From contig NC_043001.1 of the NCBI RefSeq assembly GCF_006345805.1, positions 68,324,001 through 68,388,000 of the forward strand: a DNA stretch of 64,000 nt, written 5' to 3'. This document shows positions 53,231-64,000 of the stretch, piece by piece; position 1 is the first letter of the stretch; each line of letters begins with the position of its first letter. The notes beneath the pieces are model-generated. The model was not told where the DNA came from and did no database searches. It saw only the letters and a program-made list of their open reading frames with translations. The position numbers were made by a program, and so were the translations under genes. The DNA comes from Octopus sinensis (Eukaryota).

Positions 53231-54368
53231 CACGTACTGTTTTCTAATCTATTATCTCCTCTCCCTCTTTCTTTACGAAATCTCTTGGTGTTCTTTTATT
53301 TATTTATGGCTTACTCTTAACATGGTCCTCTAACATCTGATCCTGTTTCCTCCTGATTAACCTGCTTACCTCCCTTCCCTCGTTCCATTATTCTTCACTG
53401 TAAAATATTTTTTCTTCTCTTTCTCACTTACCCCATTACAGAGTTATCTTACACCACAATTTTTCATTTCATCGCTCCGTGAGGAAGACCCCAAATTCTC
53501 GCTTCCATAGTCTACATTTTAAATCTTTTCTTAAAACTGAACCAAGACCTTTCCAGTGTCCAAAATTTGAGCGTATGCTCAGTATTGCCCTCCATTTTAG
53601 GAAGGTTGTGTGTGGGTTGATGGAAGCTGAATGACGGCATAAAGTCTTCCATTCTGGTTGTCAGTGTTGTCAAGGGACTTCTAATTCGATCCTTTTGCAT
53701 TCTCATTCTCAATGCTTTTATCTACAAGAATACGTAAAGAGACGCAAGATTTCGATTGAAATTCATTTTGTCTGAAATTGTTCACCTGAAAACTGACCTT
53801 CTAACCACTTCAATCTAACAATAAACAATTTAACTGCAAGCCTTAATATCTCGACAAAATCTGTCAATGATAAAAGAACGCAAGAGAACACTACAGTAGA
53901 CAGTCAAGTGGAATGAAGAGATGTCACCAAAATGGACCTTATAGTTTGATGATGCGGTAAACTTAAGACAAATATTTCAAGTATATCTATTTCTCTCTCT
54001 TCGTCTCTTTCTCTCTTGCCAGCTGGATAGCTTAGCTTATTGCCTGTAAACATATATAAAGACAGCAGAATACGTATGTATACAAGCATATATGCATACA
54101 TATATGAATATATGTGCGTATATATGCATGCCGCATACATACATACACCCTTGTGTATGAAGGTATGCATGAATGTTGTGCAATTTGTAGAATGGGAAAT
54201 GTGTGTGTGTAGATTATATATAGTTCCTTATACAAAAACGCACACAAAAGCATACACACACCTCCACACACGCGCACACAACACATGTAAGCTTACATGT
54301 ATAGGCATGGATAACTTGAGCAGAGACGAGACAGAGAATATACATACATACATACATACATACATACA

Positions 54369-54400
<32 letters not shown>

Positions 54401-54699
54401 CATGTGTGCCTGTGTGTGAATATGTGCAAGTGTGTGTGCGTATGCATGGATGTTAGTATGTGTATGCGTGTGTGTATGAGTGTGTATGCGTGTATACGTG
54501 TTTTTATATTCGGAAATTTTGCAGTATGATAATGAAAGAGGAATGTATACGATGTTGCGTTTGCATTTAAAGTGAAGCGTGTGTGCGTACATATACAGAT
54601 ATAGGTATGTTCATATACATACATACATACATACATACATACATACATACTTACATACATACTTACATACATACATACATACATATATATATATATATA

Positions 54700-54781
<82 letters not shown>

Positions 54782-55169
54782 ATATGAATCTTAGTCAGGA
54801 TGATCGACATGACCTGTTACACGGCGTCCGAGACTGGCGGGGGAAGGAATAAACGATATTCAGCCACGAAAGTGGCTCAAAAGCTTGCGACAGATATAAC
54901 TCCTGCATTTGAACCAAGAAACAAAGCTCGACTGTGGGAAATGGAAAACGGGTAAGATACTGCCAATTATTCTTCGGAAATAGGAATCGTTATCACGCCG
55001 GACAAAATACTTAGGGGCAGTTCATCCTTCTTTACGCTCTTAATTAAATTTTCTCCGATATCGACTTTGCCTTTCATACTTTCAAGGTCGATAATATAAG
55101 TACCAGTCAAGTATGAGGGCGAGTTAGTCGACTACAAAATTTCAGGCCTTGTGATTATAGGAGAAAGGA

Positions 55170-55199
55170 TCATTATTATTATTATTCTTATTCTTATTA

Positions 55200-55235
<36 letters not shown>

Positions 55236-55319
55236 TATTATTATTATTATTATATTATATCATTATTATTAATTATTATTATTATCATATTATTATTATT
55301 ATTATTATTATTATCATTA

Positions 55320-55392
<73 letters not shown>

Positions 55393-55447
55393 CATTATTA
55401 TTATTATTTATTATTATTATCATTATTATTATTATTTATTATTATTA

Positions 55448-55478
<31 letters not shown>

Positions 55479-55504
55479 CATTATTATTATTATTATTATT
55501 ATTA

Positions 55505-55543
<39 letters not shown>

Positions 55544-55550
55544 ATCATTA

Positions 55551-55581
<31 letters not shown>

Positions 55582-55660
55582 ATTATCATATATTATTATT
55601 ATTATTATTATTATCATTATTATTATTATTAATTATTATTATTATTATTATCATTATTAC

Positions 55661-55695
<35 letters not shown>

Positions 55696-55735
55696 ATTAT
55701 TATTATTATCATTATTATTATTATTATTATTATTA

Positions 55736-55769
<34 letters not shown>

Positions 55770-55825
55770 CATTATTATTATTATTATTATTATTATCATT
55801 ATTATTATTATTATTATTATTATCA

Positions 55826-55893
<68 letters not shown>

Positions 55894-55945
55894 CATTAAT
55901 TATTATTATTATTCTTATTATCATTATTATTAATTATTATTATTA

Positions 55946-56018
<73 letters not shown>

Positions 56019-56156
56019 TTATTATCATTATTATTATTCTTATTCTTATTATTATTATCATTATTATTATTATTATTATTATTCTTATTATTATTATTAA
56101 TTATTATTATTATTATTATCATTATTATATTATTATTATTATTATTATTATTATTA

Positions 56157-56196
<40 letters not shown>

Positions 56197-56245
56197 CATT
56201 ATTCTTATTATCATTATTTTATTATTATTATTATTATTATTATTA

Positions 56246-56297
<52 letters not shown>

Positions 56298-56359
56298 CTT
56301 ATCATTATTATTATTCTTATTCTTATTATCATTATTATATTATTATTATTATTTTATTA

Positions 56360-56409
<50 letters not shown>

Positions 56410-56434
56410 CATTATTATTATTCTTATTCTTATA

Positions 56435-56468
<34 letters not shown>

Positions 56469-56473
56469 CATTA

Positions 56474-56507
<34 letters not shown>

Positions 56508-56550
56508 TATTATTATTATTATATTATTATTATTATCATTATATTATTAT
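55170..56550. repeat. About 1.4-kb (ATT)n microsatellite array
   Basis: Direct reading of the sequence. Confidence 0.97.
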
Positions 56551-57445
56551 AGCTTCAAACGCTGGAAATGTACTACAGTGTGAGCTGTTGACTACCAGTG
56601 AACTAAGGTAACACCTCTTATTTTTCGAGCACTTTCCGGAGTATTCGAGCGGTTCGAAGCAGTTTGTTTTCTGCAAGTGTTCCATCCTTATTGCAGCCCC
56701 TATTTGTTCCATCCTTATTGCAGCCCCTATTTGTTCCATCCTTATTGCAGCCCCTATTTGTTCCACGTACTTCTCGAGATTTTTGCTCACTGTTCCCAGG
56801 GCTCCGACAATTATTAGTACTACTGCTACCTTTTTCTTCGACCACAACTGCTTACCTTCCCAAGCTAACCTGTCCTATCTCTCGACTCTTCTTTCTTCCT
56901 TAGCGCATACCTTGTTGTCAGCTGGGCATGCTATGTCTATGATCCAGGACTGTTTGTTTTCTTTCTCAATTAAAACTTCCAGCTTCCTATTCTATATCTC
57001 GTGGTCACACTGGATCATAAAATGTCATAGGATATTTGCATTTCTATTTTTGACAATGCCTTCAGGTTTGTGGTCGTACCAATTTTTTTGCTCTGACAAG
57101 TCCATATTTGTTGCTGAGTGTTCAATGGACAATCCTGCCTATATTGTCGTTCCTTCTGAGCTAGCGGCGTACATTGGCTGGTAATATGGCATACGGTTTC
57201 ACGATTTTGTCCACAGATTCTGCACTTATCACTTTCTCCTGTGTTGTCTATTCGGTATTTTATCTAGTTTGTTCTTAGTGCTTGCTCTTGGGCAGCACAG
57301 ACTAGAGGCTCCGTTTGCGGTTTTAAATCACTTTTAGTTATCCACAGCCATCTTCTTTCTCTCTTATCTTCAACATAGCTATGAAATTGACCATGCATTC
57401 TTTTCTTTACCCACCTTTTTTCTGTTTCATTCGATTTCAATTTCT
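56551..57445 (-). mobile_element. R4/Dong-like RLE LINE 3' fragment ending in (TAA)n
   Basis: Encodes KRMHGQF, LKPQTEPLVCAAQEQALRTN, a CCHC remnant, IIDIACP and IIVGALG. It contains an internal 27-bp triplication (IGAAIRMEQ). Confidence 0.82.
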
Positions 57446-57446
57446 T

Positions 57447-57524
<78 letters not shown>

Positions 57525-57594
57525 CACCACACCACCACCACCACCACCACCACCATCCTCCTCCCCCTCCTCCTCCTCATTATTATTATTATTC

Positions 57595-58862
57595 AGTAGT
57601 TTTATTCTTATCACGCGCTTTCACTGCACTCCCGAGCGCAGCTCTGTGTGCCTTGGGTATGTGCTGTGGTTTGTTGTGATGCTCTTATTGCTACTGTATT
57701 GAAAGTGTTTTACGTAGGAGGTGTGTGGTGCTTAGTAGTCCTATTTTCTATATGTTATATATACTTGTTAGTCCTGGTGTTTTTGTTATGTATTTATCTG
57801 AATATTTTTTATCACACGTAACGCGCAAACTATAATAGGATTTGTTTCTGTTTTGAGACTCTACTTTCGAGTTACCTTTATTTCCAGGTCTTTGTATTTT
57901 GATTGTTTCTCCATTTCTTTTAAAGAAACGTTGTCGTATGTTTGCATTAATATATCGATTAGAAAGCATTTTTCTTGATGATCTCAGACAACTATAACCG
58001 GCCTATTGGCCTTAATTTCTCTATGTGTGTGTATTGGCATATCCCATAGTATGATTGCTTTCTAATCTTCTGTGAACTTTTCTGGCGTGTGCCTAGACTA
58101 TCTTTTTTTCTGTTGTTATTCCGTTGGCATAGCTTCCAGTGTATATAAAACCCAACTCTGTCGTGTCTGTGAATATATTCCTTCTTAGCCAGGACTAGGC
58201 AGCCAGAGACATTATGGTTTATTGCTTCTTGTCCATCTCCACATATTGTGCAGTTACTTGTTACGTTTGTTTTCATTATATGTTTTTGGTAATTTCTGAT
58301 GGGGAGGCTTTGGTCTTGTGCTGTAATTAAAAATCCTTCAGTCTTTGCTTTGGGTCCTGAGCTTCTCAACCATTGTTGGGATTTTGCTTTGTGTGTTTCT
58401 TTTTGTTTAGTTTAACCCAGTATTTGCCATGAAGGGGCTTTTCTTGCCATCGTTTTATCATGGTTCGTTGCTGTTCCAGCTTTAGTTTGAATTTCAGTTA
58501 TTTTACAACTTTTGCTGTTTCTTCTTTTCCTTCATAGTTGTTAGACATTATGACTTCTTTTTGTATTTGTCAGCTTCCTTAAAAACAGAAAACAGATTTT
58601 TTGTTTTGTTCGTGTTTTGTGGCTATTTGTATTAGTTTCCCTTGCTTCTAGAGAGGGTATTTTTGTAGTCCTATGGTGGTTATTTTGTAATAGTTTTCTA
58701 GCTCTATAAGGCCTCTACCACCTTCCATACGTTGTATATATAACCTTTCTATGTCAGATTTTGGGTGGTGCATCCTAGATCCTGTCATTATTTTCATGTC
58801 TATTCTGATTAGTTCATTTAGTGTCCAGTTAAGGATATTGTAGCTGTAACTCATAACTGGGT
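57595..58862 (-). mobile_element. Second R4/Dong-like LINE fragment, different subfamily
   Basis: Encodes MHHPKSDIERLYIQRMEGGRGL, KTEGFLITAQDQSL and CTICG...HNVSGC...YIHRHDRV. Confidence 0.82.
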
Positions 58863-58899
58863 CAGCTAGAGTGGTGATAACAGCTAGAGTGGTGATAAT

Positions 58900-60990
58900 A
58901 GAAACAACCTTTATATTTGACTCTCGTAGCTGTCACATCTTGGCGATCTCAATTCTCTGGTCTCCATGTTTGTTAACCTTTCCTCTTTCTTTCATGATAA
59001 TATGTTGATCTGGCACTGACACATCGATTATTAGAGACTCATGTTTGTCCCTCCGAAAGGCTACTATATCTGGCTTTCGGTGCTCTAACATCTTTTCTGT
59101 CAGGGAACCAATGTCCCAGAGGATCTTTGCCTTCCTGTTTTTACCCATTACCTTTCCCGGTGTATGTTGGTGCCAAGCATCGGTATTCTAAATCTGATCC
59201 TGGCAGCAATGATTAGGCTTTCAGTCTTCTTTTTAAGGTCACCCTGGCTGAGCCACCTCCATGATGCTTCCTGGTCTTTTCACGGTGGAACTGACCATGT
59301 AATTCCATGCGGAGTAGTTTCTTCAGTTATGTTGACTTTTCGTGCTCGAAATTCATTAGCACTCTCAAATTCATTGTTAGTAAACCCTTCTGCATTAACA
59401 GCATACTGTAGCGGGTCTTGTTCTCTGTTTACTAAATACTCTGCAATGTTTCTTCACTGTCTATGGACGCCCATAAGCTAATCAGGCCACCTTCACCTTT
59501 ACACCTCTCCATGTGGAGCCTGTGTACGTTCGCCTTTTGAGGGGAGAGGACCATGGATTGTCATCATTTTTTGGGTAGAGCGATCGAGTTGGTCAATCTC
59601 CGCTCGCGTCAATTTCATAATGGGTACACTACAGTGGACTACAACAACAACCCATATATTGATAGCAGTCATGAAGTTCTTTACGTTGCGATATGACTTC
59701 AAAAAAATTTGAGGCGCTTCAACTATGCAGTGGTGACCTTGTCTTAGGATCTCTAGGTACCTGTACCCATCATCATCCTGATCTTCCATTCGCTCTCCGT
59801 CTGGCAGTTATATGCCTCTACAGTCTGCTTTTTCCCCTTCTTCAAAGTGAGAACCGTACACTTTGAGATCACGAATTCCATCCCTATATCCCTGCTGCAT
59901 ATCTGTACACTCTCAAAGAGGCTCTGTTTTTGCGAACAGTTTTATATCATACATGAAAAGAAAGTGGTTGAGACGTGCTTCATTCATTCTCAACTCATAG
60001 TGCGTGTAGAACTACAGGGAACTGGATCAAGGCTATATCAAATAAATAAAGTGAACAAGAATCTCCTTGGAAGGTGCCTCTTTTAATTATTACCTCAGCT
60101 AATCGCTGGTTGTTACAGAAAAGACATAATTTCCAAGTACGCATGCTGTTCTTGATCAGTGCACACACGTTCTCAGCTATTCTACACATGTCGAGTGTTT
60201 CTAGAATCCACGAATGCTACAACATGTCATAAGTCTTTCTAAGGTCTGTCCAGCCCATGCACAAGTTGTTTTGGTACCGTTGTTTACAATTCTCCCTCAC
60301 GACCTTGTCTCTCAGAATGTGGTCCTTGGTGCCATTGGATATTTTTCGGCATCCCTTTTGTTGTACTGGAAGTAGATTCCACAAGGAATGCATATAATTT
60401 CCCTGCCAGGATGCCTGTTAACACTTTCCATAAGCGATTAAGACAATCGAATCGATGGGTCGGTAATCGCCAACCTCATTGCCCTTTGACCGATTTTTCA
60501 TCAACAATGTTGTATTTTCTCGTACAATCCATTTCAGAACTGCACCGCTCTGTAGGCAATTGTCTAATTGCAACCCAATTCGTTTGTGCGTTGATCCAAA
60601 CCACATGATCAAGTAGCCTTGGATTCCTTCTCGACCTGCCGCACTTCAATTTGACAGTTTTGATACCTGTGTAATTACATCTTCTGTTGTTATGCGTATA
60701 TGATCCTGCCTTGAAGACTTCGGGTGATGGAATGCGCATCTCACGTAATGAACCTACTTGGCACTGTAGTTGTAGGAAAACTTGTGCCCCCACATTATTC
60801 CAAAATTGATGCATTTCCTCTGCTTCAGGAGGTATATTATTTTCGGTGTCTCTACCTAAGCTCTTAAAAAGCTGCCTCTGGTTGTTTGTGAATAACTTGT
60901 TTGCTGGAATTGTGATATACGATCAGTATAGCGTTGCACCTTCAATGTTATTATTTTGCAGTTGTCTTATTATTAAACCAAGTTTAAGTC
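58900..60990 (-). mobile_element. Third R4-like LINE fragment (RT plus RLE), degraded
   Basis: Encodes GDYRPI, IKRGTFQGD, YRYLEIL and KILWD...HRKPDIV...LIIDVSVP. Confidence 0.78.
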
Positions 60991-61039
60991 TTTTCGGTCA
61001 TTTTGTTTTACATCTTTACTTTTTATAATACATTTTTAA

Positions 61040-61713
61040 AAATCATCATCAATAACCATTCCTCTTCTTCCACTTCTTCCACTTCCTCCTCCTCTTCTTC
61101 TTATTCCTCCTCCTCCCCTCCTTTTACTCCTCCTTCTCCTCCTCCTCTTCTTCTTTTTCCTCCTCCTCCTCTCCTCTTACTCCTCCTTCTCCTCCTCCTT
61201 TCCTTCCTCTTCTTCCTCCTCCTCCTCCTCATCCCCTCCTCTTACTCCCTCTCCTCTTACTCCCCCTCCTCTTCTTTTCCGTCTTCCTCGCCCTTCTTCC
61301 TCCTCCTCCTCTCCTTCCCCTTCTTCCTCCCCCACCTCGTCCGCCTCTTCCTCGTCCTCGTCCTCCTCGTCGTCGTCTTCCTCGTCCTCGTGCTCGTCGT
61401 CCTCATCCTCGTCGTCGTCTTCCTCGTCCTCGTCGTCCTCATCGTCCTCATCGCCCTCGTCGTCCTCATCATCCTCGTCCTCGTCCTCGTCCTCGTCGTC
61501 CTCGTCGTCCTCATCGTCCTCGTCGTCCTCTTCGCCCTTCTTGTCCTCGTCGTCGTTTTCCTCGTCCTCGACGTCTTCGACGTCCTCCTCGTCATCGTCC
61601 TCCTCCTCGTCGTCATTGTTCTCCTCGTCGTCGTCATCGTCCTCCTCCTCTTCGTCCTGCTCCGCCTCGTCGTTCTGCTCCTCGTCCTGCTCCTCCTCGT
61701 CGTCATCGTCGTC
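61040..61713. repeat. (TCC/TCG/TTC)n cryptic trinucleotide array
   Basis: Direct reading. It yields stop-free low-complexity ORFs in several frames. Confidence 0.9.
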
Positions 61714-62697
61714 AACTATGAAAACTGCTGCCAAGTGAACGGAAAGCAAGCTTAAACTCCTGCAGATTCCAACATCATTATGCTAGCCCTATCCCTGATA
61801 TCATATTATCCTCTTATTGTGGTCTTCTGTACTAAAAGCGAATAAACCAAACTTACCCCTAAAAAAATACACCCCCCCCCCACGAAACTTAGTTTTGCTT
61901 TCTTTTTCAATATATCAATCTAAACATCTTCATTTTTCTCTCTCTGCCATTCTCTCTTACACTTTTCTCTTTCCTCGTATTTATTCTCTCTTCTCTTCCC
62001 ACTCTCTCCACACACACAAAAGTACCCACACATATATTAATAGTCGTTTGTTTTCAGAACGTATGTCCTTAATTGAATGGCTCACGAAGGTGTCTTGAAA
62101 CTAAGAGGCTCTCACACACACCTACACCAGAGAATTACGATCATGATTGAAAACTACGTGTTCGCATATATATTGGTATTTATCATGGTTGCATTGCATT
62201 AACTATTGTCTCCTATTACGTAAAATGGCAGTTACTATGAAAAATAATTCTATCCACCATAATGTATTGGTAAAAAAAACAAACAAACAGAAACAAACTA
62301 TTTTTATGTTGCTTCCTTTAAAATAGGTATCTTATATGTTTGAAATAATTTCCTTTCCTGGGTATAATTCTTCTGTCAGATCGAAGGAAAGAGAAAATAA
62401 ATCTGCAAACTGCCTGGTTTTGCATCTTGCTTTTTTATATGTCTTTTGTATTCGTTTCTTTATTCTTTAGCATAAAAACTAATTTTTATAAGCCACAAAT
62501 TTTACTATATCAGAGAAACCGTTGTTTTAATACCCTTGTTATAAAATAAATGTTTTGATGCTATGGGACTGTACTTATTTTTAGAAGGTCAAGGTTTACA
62601 GTTGAATAATTACTTCAAAGGTAGAATAAAGCAATGAATACAACTAAAATTATGATCTCATACCTAGACTAGAACAGAACAAAACTTCTTTAGATTA

Positions 62698-62860
62698 TTG
62701 GTTTAAAATTTTGGCACGAAGCCAGCAAGTTCCAAGGGTGGGGCTAGGTCGATTATATCAACAACAGCGTTCAACTATTATTTGCTTTATCGATCCCAAA
62801 AGGATGAAAAGCTAAGTCGACCTCGGCGGAATTTGAACTCAGAACGTAAAGACGGACAAA
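62698..62860 (-). mobile_element. SINE family A fragment
   Basis: Contains the family core sequence. Confidence 0.75.
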
Positions 62861-62874
62861 ATTAATCTTTTGAG

Positions 62875-63115
62875 TAGTGTTTCCTAACCTTTTCCCAGTG
62901 GTTCCCAACCATTTTATTTAAATGAGTTTTCTTACGGACTTCTTTTAATATGCTCGTTCTTATGAATACACACACACACGCACACGCACACACACACGCA
63001 CACACACACACGCACACACTCACAAACACACATATATATATATACGTATATGAAATTTTGTATTTCACCTTTGCGGCCAACCAGGGATCCGCAGACCCCA
63101 GGCTGGGAAGCACTG
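62875..63115. mobile_element. hAT (Charlie-like) MITE with duplicated left TIR
   Basis: Left TIRs tagtgtttcctaacc and cagtggttcccaacc, right TIR ggctgggaagcactg. The 8-bp TSD-like flanks are cttttgag / ctttagag. Confidence 0.6.
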
Positions 63116-64000
63116 CTTTAGAGTATTGAAAGAAAAGATACAGAAAGTGCTAAGATTTTATCAGACTTGACGAAAGAAGACAATGTTTGTTGGAAAAAAT
63201 CCTGAAGGTAAGACTGAGTATTAAACAATCAAATATTAGTTAAAGAAAAGGAAAGAAACAATAATAATTTCAAAGAGATAATATAAATAAGCTAAAATAA
63301 GCTGTAAATTTAAATGCGATATCCAACACCGAATTAAGAAGTTAATTAAGGAGAATCAAACCAAAATTTATTAAAATGTTAAATATTAAGGAATTTAAAA
63401 AATACCATTCTGATGCTACAAATAGTTTTGTTTCAATGGAAACAAATAACAATATTTTGTGAACGAAGCTATTGTTTAATTCCTTGGTTGATCTGAACAA
63501 TGACACACTAGTCTTAACCATTTCCAATTTTTATTTGGAATTTTAATTCCAGGACTCCCATTTACATCCAATGGGAGACAGTAGGCAATGGAGCCTGTTA
63601 TATATAAGATAGTACAGTGTGGTCTTGTGTCGTGGACCAAGATATATACCTGCATCCGATGGTGAGACTCCAGTCCGGAATTTCAAGAATTTTGAAGAAT
63701 ATTGAAATTACCCTTAGTTACTCCTACTTCTAAGTTCTTTCTGCCCCATAGCGGTAATACCTATCGAAGTGACAGAGTATGGGTGACATAGCAATAGAGA
63801 ATGGAGACTGTCGCTAAGTCTTAGATGACTCGGAAGAGCACTGGCCTCTGGACCTCTCACCTACTAACCCACTAACCCACCGGTAGTTGGACATGCCCTG
63901 ATGTTACGTGAAGTAACCTTTTCCTCTACATAAAGGTTAAATAGGCCCAGTGTCTAAAGAGAACATGAGAACAAGAGTATACTGTAAATGTACTGCCAGA

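Noticed and set aside
61177-61749. 190-aa Asp/Glu-rich ORF and overlapping Leu/Val and Arg/Thr ORFs
   Set aside because: A trinucleotide array that is open in many frames, with no domain or splice support.
63610-63930. Possible old interspersed repeat
   Set aside because: There is no second copy or diagnostic motif within the window, so it cannot be supported.

Overview
AT-rich, microsatellite-saturated eukaryotic DNA. The SINE families and repeat landscape suggest an octopus or other coleoid cephalopod (inference). No intact host gene is recognisable, and most ORFs in the track are translated microsatellites. The window is a patchwork of mobile elements: a near-intact CR1/L2-type LINE, Tc1/mariner/pogo transposons, RTE and R4/Dong-like LINE fragments, two Helitron-like copies, hAT-like MITEs, tRNA-type SINEs and two Penelope-like (PLE) coding remnants, one of them Naiad-like. 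The most striking signal is non-coding. About 12 well-formed and several degenerate type I hammerhead ribozymes (CUGANGA...GAAA...UH) can be folded by eye. They sit in at least 8 different non-coding modules of about 0.2-0.6 kb, arranged as partial tandem, inverted and fold-back repeats inside (TA)n tracts. This looks like a diverse retrozyme-like or non-autonomous PLE system. All folds and boundaries were read manually and are approximate.
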